NCBI GenBank assembly: GCA_048885865.1
Contig: JBHLLF010000026.1
Location: forward strand, 1 to 35,542
Length of the DNA stretch: 35,542 bases
From: Candidatus Hermodarchaeota archaeon
Lineage (GTDB): Archaea; Asgardarchaeota; Thorarchaeia; Thorarchaeales; Thorarchaeaceae
Direction: 5' to 3'
In this document: positions 18,111-26,374 of the stretch, piece by piece
How positions within the stretch are numbered: the stretch's first letter is position 1
How the letters are laid out: each line of letters starts with the position of its first letter
Made by a program: the position numbers and the translations under genes
Notes under the pieces: generated by a model
Databases searched by the model: none
Seen by the model: only the letters and a program-made list of their open reading frames with translations
What the model was told of the DNA's origin: nothing

Positions 18111-19043
18111 ATGCCCGAAGCCATATTCTCCATCTGGTGGGATGACACGCTCGGTCCTATGGTTGGTCGAAGCTTCCCTGAAGAAGACCCCCTCACTGGG
18201 GAAGAAGCTCTGAGCATCTTCATGGGACATGGTGTCAACCAAGAAGCCAAGATGGGCTATACTAAATTGAGAAGGGGGCTGATTATCTCTTACATGCAGG
18301 CTCCAAACTGTATAGCGGTCTTGCTCTCACCTGACGATGATTCGGGCGTTGTAGAGAGGAACTTGCTGAGACTGGTCAAGGATATTGACATGAATGCAGA
18401 TGATTGGGATGCGGAGCTAACCAACGCATTCAGCAATTTGCGGCTTCTGATAAAGGAGTTTTCAGGTCCAGATTTGCTTGACAATCCCGGCGTGTCAAAG
18501 ATGGTACAGGATATGCATGCAGGAAGAGTAGGACCTCTTGCTCCAAGACATATACTCGAAGGCATGGTCAAATATCCAAAAGCAGTAGACTACCTAGGTC
18601 AAGATCAAGAAGAAACAAGAATGATACTTACAGATCTGGTGGATGCAGGTATTCTGGTGCCTAAGACATACGGTCGCCGAGTTCAATGTAGGCAGTGCGG
18701 AGGAGAAGATGTAGAGATTACACTCCATTGCCCAAATTGCGGTTCCCAGAATCTGCATAAAGTATACACAGTGCATTGCCCTTGGTGCAGAGAGCAGACA
18801 CCTACAGTGATTGAAGATGAACGCACTGTAGTAAAGTGTGTACAATGCAAAGCAGACATGGAGGTTTCAGATCTCAATGTTCTTCACGTCGAGCCGCTTT
18901 GCCAAGATTGCGGAACCGCGTCCAATGAACCAAGGATTGCTTTTGCCTGTGCAACATGTGGCAAAAATCTAGATGCCGTTGACCTATTGGGCGGAACTGG
19001 TCTCGCGTACTACCATGCAAAACGAGCCGAAGAAGATGCCTAA
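18111..19043 (+). CDS. Longin/uDENN-like N-terminal domain fused to a TackOD1-like multi-zinc-ribbon domain
   Basis: N-terminus IFSIWWDDTLGP...FP (F/W-D-xxx-GP longin/uDENN strand motif); six CxxC pairs (CRQC, CPNC, CPWC, CVQC, CQDC, CATC). Start ATG 18111 follows GAGG. Confidence 0.65.
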   Translation: MPEAIFSIWWDDTLGPMVGRSFPEEDPLTGEEALSIFMGHGVNQEAKMGYTKLRRGLIISYMQAPNCIAVLLSPDDDSGVVERNLLRLVKDIDMNADDWDAELTNAFSNLRLLIKEFSGPDLLDNPGVSKMVQDMHAGRVGPLAPRHILEGMVKYPKAVDYLGQDQEETRMILTDLVDAGILVPKTYGRRVQCRQCGGEDVEITLHCPNCGSQNLHKVYTVHCPWCREQTPTVIEDERTVVKCVQCKADMEVSDLNVLHVEPLCQDCGTASNEPRIAFACATCGKNLDAVDLLGGTGLAYYHAKRAEEDA

Positions 19044-19126
19044 TTGTGATGCTGAAGCTCACCACAACAGTTATGTTCTAGTCAATATGGCGCTTCTCCG
19101 AATATTCACTTAATGGAAGGATATGA

Positions 19127-19993
19127 ATGGCAGGAGATGTCTTCAAGCTAGGTGTTGTGAAATTCGGATGCATCGGCGCGGCTCCCTTGCTCGACCTCTT
19201 ATTTGATGAAAGAGCTGACCGAAAAGATCTCGAAGTCAGGGTGTTTACGAGTGGAGCGAAGCTTGATCCGGATTCATGTGTCGGACCAACTCAAATGGTC
19301 ATTGATTACAAACCAGATCTGGTTTTGTCTGTGAGTCCTAATGCAGCTCTTAAAGGACCTACCAAGTCTAGAGAGATGTTGCATGAGGCAGGATTACCAA
19401 CAATTACAATCTCAGATGGTCCGTCTGAGAAGGGCTTCTACAAGAAGGATGAAGAGGGCAAGAAGAAGAAATCCGTACTCGATAAGCAAGGATTCTTCAT
19501 TCTATACGCGGATTCCATGATCGGAGCCAGAAGAGAATTCCTAGATCCGACTGAGATGACTCTCTTTAATGCAGATATGATCAAAGTTCTATCCAACACT
19601 GGAATTATGCGACTTCTTCAAGAGAAAATCTATGGAGTCATTGATGATCTGAAAGGTGGTAAGGATCCAAAGATGCCCGCGATGAAGGTCACAGCTGAGA
19701 AAGCAGTTGAAGCTGGAGGGTTCACCAATCCATATGGAGCTGCGAAAGCATATGCAGCCCTGAAGATTGCAGAAGCTGTGGCTGATGTCACTGTCAAGGG
19801 TTGCTTCGTAGAGCAGGAGATGGAGAAGTACATACCCCTAGTTGCAGCTGGACATGAGATGATGCGAGCTGCTGCAAGACTCTCAGATGAAGCGAGAGAA
19901 CTTGAGAAGAGTATGGATACACTACTTAGAACACCACACAACAAGAAAGGTGCACTTCAGAGGAAGACCAAACTCGGCGACAAGCCAGCATAG
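19127..19993 (+). CDS. mtd: F420-dependent methylene-tetrahydromethanopterin dehydrogenase
   Basis: K.G.IG....DLL.DERADR.D..VRV..SGAK, SPNAAL.GP, D.MIGARREFLDPTEM..FNAD, GFTNPY..AKA, YIPLVAA.HEMMR.AA.L.DEARE.EK..D...RTPH. Confidence 0.95.
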   Translation: MAGDVFKLGVVKFGCIGAAPLLDLLFDERADRKDLEVRVFTSGAKLDPDSCVGPTQMVIDYKPDLVLSVSPNAALKGPTKSREMLHEAGLPTITISDGPSEKGFYKKDEEGKKKKSVLDKQGFFILYADSMIGARREFLDPTEMTLFNADMIKVLSNTGIMRLLQEKIYGVIDDLKGGKDPKMPAMKVTAEKAVEAGGFTNPYGAAKAYAALKIAEAVADVTVKGCFVEQEMEKYIPLVAAGHEMMRAAARLSDEARELEKSMDTLLRTPHNKKGALQRKTKLGDKPA

Positions 19994-19995
19994 GT

Positions 19996-21612
19996 CTATC
20001 TCTTCGTGATTCTATTCACGGCTTCGCGAGCGTTAAGCAGAATGCGTTCAGCCTGCTTCTCGCTCATTCCTTTTATTTTCGAGGCTAGCCTCCTCGGCGT
20101 TTCACCAGCTAGTTGAGCTGCTGAATCATAGCCCGCCTTTCTGAGCTTCTGTTCTAATGCAGGACCTATGCCCTTGACTCTCTTGAGGGGCAGCATTTTC
20201 TTCAAATCCTTTCCTAGAAATTCATCGAACTCCTTGTCACTCATCTCCTGTGAGGCATCGATTACAGCCATCTGTGTTTTGATTGATTCAAAATCTTCGT
20301 CCTCAAGGTAGGCAGACACTGTCTTGTCGACCATTTTCTGGTCAAAGTCGAGTGCAAAATCCTCCATCTCTATTTCTCGCCCAAGAATCTCCGGAAGATG
20401 TGCATTCTGCCATAGAGCTAGCAGTGAGAAGAAGATTGCAAATGGTCCTCCGATATCTCCGACCCAATCAGGGGGATTGCCGAATGGAACTCCTAAAGCA
20501 GCAGCCCAAAAGAGAGCCATATAGCCAATGTAGAACCAAATTACAAGCGAAAGCCGAAGGCCCTTTCGGTTAGGTGAGCCAAGTTCAGACCAGATAAGCA
20601 GGAGACAGAGCCCTAGGATGTAGCCCTCTACGAAGCGCTCCCATCCAAGTAGCGGAAGGGCTAATACTTCGACTGAGGCGCTTGGTGTCCCTGGGGAAGC
20701 AACATAATAGAACGTTTGGCCGAAAATTGCCAATAATCCAAATGCAAGGACGGCCGTGCTGAATGCAGTCTTTCTACCTCGGAGGTCAGCAATCATCCCA
20801 GCGATGATTATGCCAGCAACAACAAAGAATAGCTGAAGGACGCCAAAGGAGGATATACCCCCTAATTCAATAGCAGCATCTTCAACAAGAGGGATGAAAG
20901 CTTCACCAACGAGATCGTACAGACTTCTGATCGCCATTTCTGTGGAGAAGTACCAAGTTATGTGTGAAGCAAGCAGGAAGAACATGGGCACGAAATATCT
21001 TAACGCATTGGCTTGAACGGCTAGAGGGTGAATTGACCATTTCCACGGCTTAAGTGCGAGACTCGCAAATACGCTTCCAATGACCAGGAATTCCATTAGT
21101 GGAAGACTCACTGATGTGATTGCTGTTCCGAAGAGCATAAACATCATTGATATCAGAAGACTCGCTGATAGAAAGGATGCTACAATTCTTCCTCTGAATT
21201 TGACGACAACACTCTGATTGAGTGAAACTCCCCAGCTGACTAATGCACTTACCAGCCCGCAGAATAATGCCAGAATAAAAGCTGTTTCAAGTGTAGGAGA
21301 GTTCTCTATTGGATACCCAAGAGTTGTGAACCAAAAACTCATCATCGTTGGAACCAAAGCTGAAATGCCGAGCAACAATTTCCCCCTGCGGGTCCTATCA
21401 ATAATCAGACCTATGGGAATGATGAGCAACGCTGCCATCCCCATACCCAGACCAAGAAGTAGTAAGTGGTCGATTCCGGGGTGTGTAAAGTAATCCCCAG
21501 CTAATAATCTGCCTATAATGTAAATGCAGTACGCTATGAATGGAGAATAAAGAAGATAGTAGACAGCAGTCTTCCCTGGGAAATTCCTGTATTCCAGCGT
21601 GTTTTCCACCAA
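19996..21612 (-). CDS. MFS-like polytopic membrane protein with C-terminal helix-hairpin-helix domain
   Basis: About 12 TMs; motif-A-like GLIIDRTRRGK and GMIADLRGRKT; acidic linker; then LKRVKGIGPALEQKLRKAGYDSAAQLA...IKGMSEKQAERIL (tandem HhH, like the RadA N-terminal domain). Confidence 0.75.
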   Translation of the reverse strand: MVENTLEYRNFPGKTAVYYLLYSPFIAYCIYIIGRLLAGDYFTHPGIDHLLLLGLGMGMAALLIIPIGLIIDRTRRGKLLLGISALVPTMMSFWFTTLGYPIENSPTLETAFILALFCGLVSALVSWGVSLNQSVVVKFRGRIVASFLSASLLISMMFMLFGTAITSVSLPLMEFLVIGSVFASLALKPWKWSIHPLAVQANALRYFVPMFFLLASHITWYFSTEMAIRSLYDLVGEAFIPLVEDAAIELGGISSFGVLQLFFVVAGIIIAGMIADLRGRKTAFSTAVLAFGLLAIFGQTFYYVASPGTPSASVEVLALPLLGWERFVEGYILGLCLLLIWSELGSPNRKGLRLSLVIWFYIGYMALFWAAALGVPFGNPPDWVGDIGGPFAIFFSLLALWQNAHLPEILGREIEMEDFALDFDQKMVDKTVSAYLEDEDFESIKTQMAVIDASQEMSDKEFDEFLGKDLKKMLPLKRVKGIGPALEQKLRKAGYDSAAQLAGETPRRLASKIKGMSEKQAERILLNAREAVNRITKR

Positions 21613-21736
21613 CTATGAATGGCCCGGAGAAGATAAGAATATGGACCTTTCGCGTACAATTGACACAATCAATTAAAGGCGATATCTTAAAGAGAACCCA
21701 GCATAGAGCCCAAGCAACCAAGGAGAGCTAAACCTA

Positions 21737-22642
21737 TTGTCAGGAAGACTCGGGCTTTATGAGTTCATGGTACTAACGGCGGGAGGTGTCCCCATATTTC
21801 ATTACTCCCCAGATGAATCTAGAAAATTGGATGAATTGCTATCCGGATTCCTGACTGCAATCACTTCCTTTGCTTCTGAGTTTGGTGAGAAGTCGGTCCA
21901 GAGCCTATCATTTGAAGGCTCGGAACTCCTGTACGAGCAGGCAGAAGCAGATATTCTCTGTATCTTTCTTACCGACACAAATGCACCCAAGAAGATTCTA
22001 AGAGCAGTTCTCAAAGACCTGAGTCGGAAATTCATCAACAAATATGCGCCCGACGTGGATTTCGACCTCGCAATTGAAGGTGCCTTCAAGGATTTCAAGG
22101 ACGATGTTGAACGGGCATTGAGCTACTACGACGGTGTCCTCATGATAACTTCAAGTTTGAGTTCTTTTGTTGTACCCACTCTCAAGAAGGATGCATATCA
22201 GCTAGCAGCTGACTCGCAGGGTCTTCTTGACCAGTTCCATAGGGATTTTGGAGGCACCGGGAATCGTATCCTAGAAGCAGTGAATGGAAATGATTCAATA
22301 TATGATATCAGCCAATCTCTTGGGATTGAAGAACAACAAGTCCAAGAAGTAATTGAATATCTAGCAATCTGGGGAGTAATGCAGATATCCAAAATCGCTC
22401 CAGAGGTAAAGGCTGAAGATGCCAGATTTGATGCATTTCTAGATCTCGTTGGTCTTCCACAAAAGGATTACCAACTGCTTAAGCGAGCGATGCCTCTTTG
22501 TAACGGTACAAAGGCCTTGGCTGAAATTAGCAGTAAACTTGGCGTTACATCGGAGCGTCTCTTTGAAGTCCTGAGTAAGCTGGGAGATGAGGTTGAGTGG
22601 AAGAAACTCAAAGTCACCGATCTTCCCAACCAGAAAAACTAG
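21737..22642 (+). CDS. Longin-domain protein with two C-terminal winged-helix repeats
   Basis: Longin signature VLTAGGVPIF...LLSGFLTAITSFASEFGE..VQSLSF; repeats ILEAVNGNDSIYDISQSLGI and AMPLCNGTKALAEISSKLGV. Confidence 0.75.
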   Translation: MSGRLGLYEFMVLTAGGVPIFHYSPDESRKLDELLSGFLTAITSFASEFGEKSVQSLSFEGSELLYEQAEADILCIFLTDTNAPKKILRAVLKDLSRKFINKYAPDVDFDLAIEGAFKDFKDDVERALSYYDGVLMITSSLSSFVVPTLKKDAYQLAADSQGLLDQFHRDFGGTGNRILEAVNGNDSIYDISQSLGIEEQQVQEVIEYLAIWGVMQISKIAPEVKAEDARFDAFLDLVGLPQKDYQLLKRAMPLCNGTKALAEISSKLGVTSERLFEVLSKLGDEVEWKKLKVTDLPNQKN

Positions 22643-22724
22643 GATTTCCCAAGAGATATTATAAGGCGCTGGATGCACTCTGGTCCTACATTAGTGATTG
22701 AAAATCTAAATCAAGTGGTTGATT

Positions 22725-23486
22725 ATGAGTCCAAAAATCGTCAGTATCCACAGTTTCAGAGGGGGTACGGGTAAATCAAACATTGCTGCGAATCTAGCTG
22801 CAGTTGCAGCTCTTGATGGAAAGCGCGTTGCCGTAATGGACACAGACATTGCTTCACCGGGAATCCATGTCATCTTCGGGCTTGGTCGTGAGAAGCTGAA
22901 GCGCACACTCAACGACTACCTAAGAGGAGAGTGCGATATTGCGGATGCATGCATGGACCTAACTAGACGGAAAGAGTATTCAAGTATAAAATCAGGCAAG
23001 CTATTCCTTATTCCTAGCTCGATGGTTGCCGATGATATCACTCGAATACTCCGCGAGGGCTATGAAGTGAGCGATCTCAGAAATGGATTCACAGAGGTCA
23101 TCCGTGCAAAGGACTTGGACTTGTTGATCATTGATACTCACCCCGGACTTGATAGAGAAACTCTGCTTTCAATGGTTACTGCCGATTACCTTTTTGTGGT
23201 GGCGAGGATTGACGAGCAAGACTTGTTGGGTACAGCAGCCACACTGGACGTCGCCCGCAGGCTTCAAGTTCCAGAGATTAGAATTGTCATCAATAAGAGG
23301 CCAAACATCTACGAAGATAAGGTAATCACAAGTGAGGTTGAGAAAAATTTCAAGTCGTCGGTGGTTACTATCATTCCAATGCTGCCCCTCCTAATTGATG
23401 CTGGCAGCCGTTATGTCGTGACAATGCGGTATCCAGATAGCGAATTCACGAAATGTATGGAAGAAATATACAAGGTAATCAAGTAG
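22725..23486 (+). CDS. MinD/ParA-family ATPase
   Basis: Deviant Walker A SFRGGTGKS, MDTDIASPG, LIIDTHPG, VINK. Start ATG 22725. Confidence 0.9.
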   Translation: MSPKIVSIHSFRGGTGKSNIAANLAAVAALDGKRVAVMDTDIASPGIHVIFGLGREKLKRTLNDYLRGECDIADACMDLTRRKEYSSIKSGKLFLIPSSMVADDITRILREGYEVSDLRNGFTEVIRAKDLDLLIIDTHPGLDRETLLSMVTADYLFVVARIDEQDLLGTAATLDVARRLQVPEIRIVINKRPNIYEDKVITSEVEKNFKSSVVTIIPMLPLLIDAGSRYVVTMRYPDSEFTKCMEEIYKVIK

Positions 23487-23496
23487 ATGAGATGCG

Positions 23497-23628
23497 CTAT
23501 CTGAACCAAAGAGGCACGTAGATAATCGCTACAGTCAGTAGAAGGATTATGAAGCAAATTGCCAGGATGAGGAGGAGAAGACTATCAGAGGTGCTTCGCG
23601 AGTCTATTGAGGGATTGAAGCTTTCCAT
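23497..23628 (-). CDS. Small single-pass membrane protein (43 aa), not in the ORF track
   Basis: Manual translation: MESFNPSIDSRSTSDSLLLLILAICFIILLLTVAIIYVPLWFR*. Confidence 0.55.
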   Translation of the reverse strand: MESFNPSIDSRSTSDSLLLLILAICFIILLLTVAIIYVPLWFR

Positions 23629-23752
23629 GATGGATTCATGCACTACTATGACATCTATTCATATGAAGATGCGCACAAACAATGCAATATTGTGTTACCA
23701 CAACATTTCTATCAGGTGATTTGGGATTTCGAGATTCGCGGTGAATTAGAAT

Positions 23753-24199
23753 ATGGATATACAGGTCAGACTCGCGTCAGCTCAAGACAAACCTTCGTTA
23801 GAGAAATTCTACAAGCGTGAAGGTCTTGACTTCCAAGAATTATCCCATCGTCCCGCTATATCTTCCAGCGGTTCAGTCAGAGAAACCATGTACATCATTG
23901 CAGTGACAGCAGACATGGTTGTAGCCGCCTTGAAGCTTGATGTCATTAGAAACTCTGAGCTGGGGGATATCGGTCACATATTCCATTTCGAAATTGAGGA
24001 TGCATTGGAAAGCACTGATCTAGGGCAAAGGATGCTCAATATGACTATTGAGCTCGCTCAAGAAAAGGGCTTGAGAGCTCTTGATGCTATGGTCCGTGAG
24101 GAAAGAGCAGACGTTATCTCACTCTTTTTAGAGAGAAAATTCAATGAGATGCGGAAAGAGGTCCATCTACGCCGGTATTTCAGAGAACGCATCTTTTAG
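23753..24199 (+). CDS. GNAT-family acetyltransferase-fold protein
   Basis: VRLAS..D, GHIFHFEIE...STDLGQRML..A.EKG..AL, ISLFLERKF. The acetyl-CoA motif A is divergent. Confidence 0.72.
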   Translation: MDIQVRLASAQDKPSLEKFYKREGLDFQELSHRPAISSSGSVRETMYIIAVTADMVVAALKLDVIRNSELGDIGHIFHFEIEDALESTDLGQRMLNMTIELAQEKGLRALDAMVREERADVISLFLERKFNEMRKEVHLRRYFRERIF

Positions 24200-26010
24200 A
24201 CTATTTCACCAAGTCCAAGTTTCTCCAAAGTTGCTGCTGTAGGCAGCCCATCTTCTTTTTCCCAACCCATTAGATCGTAATACCTGTCAAGACTAGCCTC
24301 GAAGTCCGCCTTGGTAATATATGCAGGAAGTCCTTCATTGGGACCACTTGCCTGTCCCTCCCAGAATCTCTGTGGTAGAATATCATCAGCTCTGGAAATC
24401 CCTTCTCTATGATTGAACATGCGAGTAAGCGTTTCCACACGTTGGCCAAAGAGATTGATACTGTCTTGGTTATACTTCAAGCCAGTAGCTCCGTTCAAAA
24501 GTCTAATCAGAGGCTCGAATCCAAGGGGAATATGCCAGACAAAATGACATACTACCAAAGAGTCGCGAAGAATCTTGATGTATCTGCTTTCTATCATAGA
24601 CTCAACCATGTCTATTGCTGATTCTCTTGGCGGGTCATTTGTAGCGGGCCAACCCCTTAGGTGACTAGCTCCTACATCTCCAGTTGCATAAGAAAGGCCC
24701 AATCCCTTTTTGCCTCGGGGGTCCCAAGCAGCAACTTCAAGTCCCTTTACATGTACAGCCAATGCTTCACTTCCCTTTCCTATCTTTGCAGCAGCTTCCT
24801 TTGCACCAAGTGCTAGAATCTCGCCGATGCCATCTCTCATAGCAATCATCCGGAGTATACGGATAGCCGCATCGCCATCGCCAAATCTGAGTGGAAACCC
24901 AATCTCATCCTCAGTGAGGATACCATTCTCAAAAGCTTCCATTGCAAAAGCAATCACTGATCCAGCACTTATGGTATCAAGTCCTAAATCGTCGGCGAGG
25001 TAACATAGCTTGAAAAGAGTCTGCGGGTCAGCAATTCCAAGGTCTCCAGCCATCATCCCCCAGGTTTCATACTCGGGAGTTGACAGAACCACTTCTCCAT
25101 CCACTTCGGTCTGATATGCATGAGTACAACGCATTATGCAATGGGGACAAGACATTTCGTTTCCGGCATACCATTCAGTCAATTTCTCTGGCCAAAGGGC
25201 TTCGTTTTCATCAAAATAGCCACTTTGCCAATTCCTGGTTGGAAATTGGCCTCGACTGTTTGATACTTCATTCAATGTGGATGTGCCATAATTCTTGAAT
25301 CCGTATTCAAGGCCCTTGTCATCCCATAGCTTTTGGGCTTCCTGTCTAACTGCTCTAAGAACGTCCCTGTCTGATGGTGTTATCTGCTTTGTCCCCTTTG
25401 CGACAACAGCCTTGAGATTCTTTGATCCCATAACTGCCCCGGCACCACCGCGGCCTGTCTGATGTGCAATCTCACAACATCCTGTGGAGATTAAACTCAT
25501 GTTCTCACCAGCAGGGCCAATCACATAGACAATAGCATCCTTTTGTTGAGACTTCTTCAAGACTCTTGTTGACTCATGGACGCCCTTTCCCCAGATATGT
25601 GATGCATCTTCAAACTTGATATTCTCGTCTTCAATGACAACAGTTGTTGGGTTCTTCGCTTTTCCCCGTATTCCAACTACATCATATCCGGAAGTCTTTA
25701 TCTCTCTTCCAAGCGCATCTCCACAATGTGTATCTAGATAGAGGCCGGTCAAGGGTGATTTTGTAACTAGGGTCCATCTCCCAACATTAGGTGCCGGAAG
25801 CCCCTGAAGAGGACCAGTCATGAACAGGAGTAGATTATCAGGACCCAATGGGTCTATACCAGCTTCAAGCTCACGATAGAGCAAGTATGCGCCAAGTCCC
25901 TTACCTCCTATAAACTTCTCATATATCTCAGGATCAAGGCGTTCCTCTCTTGTTTCCTGAGTGGTCATGTCAATCCATAGAATCTTCCCATTCCAACCTA
26001 ACAGAGTCAT
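24196..26010 (-). CDS. aor: Tungsten-dependent aldehyde:ferredoxin oxidoreductase family protein
   Basis: GWNGKILWID, KSPLTG, IGPAGEN, GRGGAGAVMGSKNLKA, CPHCIMRC, EYET, DDLGLDTIS, HVKGLE...DPRG, DSLVVC, YYDLMGW. Confidence 0.93.
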   Translation of the reverse strand: MTLLGWNGKILWIDMTTQETREERLDPEIYEKFIGGKGLGAYLLYRELEAGIDPLGPDNLLLFMTGPLQGLPAPNVGRWTLVTKSPLTGLYLDTHCGDALGREIKTSGYDVVGIRGKAKNPTTVVIEDENIKFEDASHIWGKGVHESTRVLKKSQQKDAIVYVIGPAGENMSLISTGCCEIAHQTGRGGAGAVMGSKNLKAVVAKGTKQITPSDRDVLRAVRQEAQKLWDDKGLEYGFKNYGTSTLNEVSNSRGQFPTRNWQSGYFDENEALWPEKLTEWYAGNEMSCPHCIMRCTHAYQTEVDGEVVLSTPEYETWGMMAGDLGIADPQTLFKLCYLADDLGLDTISAGSVIAFAMEAFENGILTEDEIGFPLRFGDGDAAIRILRMIAMRDGIGEILALGAKEAAAKIGKGSEALAVHVKGLEVAAWDPRGKKGLGLSYATGDVGASHLRGWPATNDPPRESAIDMVESMIESRYIKILRDSLVVCHFVWHIPLGFEPLIRLLNGATGLKYNQDSINLFGQRVETLTRMFNHREGISRADDILPQRFWEGQASGPNEGLPAYITKADFEASLDRYYDLMGWEKEDGLPTAATLEKLGLGEIV

Positions 26011-26050
26011 TCCTGTTCACTTCCCTATGCGGTGATTAGTTACTCATGCA

Positions 26051-26200
26051 TTACGATATCTCGATTTTAGAGATATCATTCAATTCAATGTCACGCAGAT
26101 TATTGAGGAGTGCAAGGACAACGTCGCGGAAGACATTCGCAACGAATTCATTCATGTGCACTTCTTCTCCATCAACAACGAGTTTCAGCTTCGATGCCAT
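26051..26200 (-). CDS. Small protein (49 aa) resembling the C-terminal extension of MobB-type proteins, not in the ORF track
   Basis: Manual translation MASKLKLVVDGEEVHMNEFVANVFRDVVLALLNNLRDIELNDISKIEIS*; SD GAGGT 7 nt upstream; co-oriented and 40 nt upstream of aor. Confidence 0.75.
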   Translation of the reverse strand: MASKLKLVVDGEEVHMNEFVANVFRDVVLALLNNLRDIELNDISKIEIS

Positions 26201-26374
26201 GAGTCCAACCTCTAGACCAGATGAATGCTGGGCACCTTTTAGATATTGCTAAGCATGAAAGAAAGCCTCTTGCATGCAATAAGCCCCCTACACTTCGCTG
26301 GCTCCGATAGACTTTTGTAGCTCACGCAATTGTAGCCGAAGCCAACGGTTGACCATCGTCAAGTGAGGAATTAG

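Noticed and set aside
14567-26010. Selenocysteine recoding in the redox genes (FrhB family, mtd, aor)
   Set aside because: These ORFs are full length with no in-frame TGA at Cys positions.
26046-26252. 68-aa plus-strand ORF upstream of aor
   Set aside because: It is the antisense shadow of the 49-aa minus-strand ORF 26051..26200, which has an SD and a protein-like pattern.
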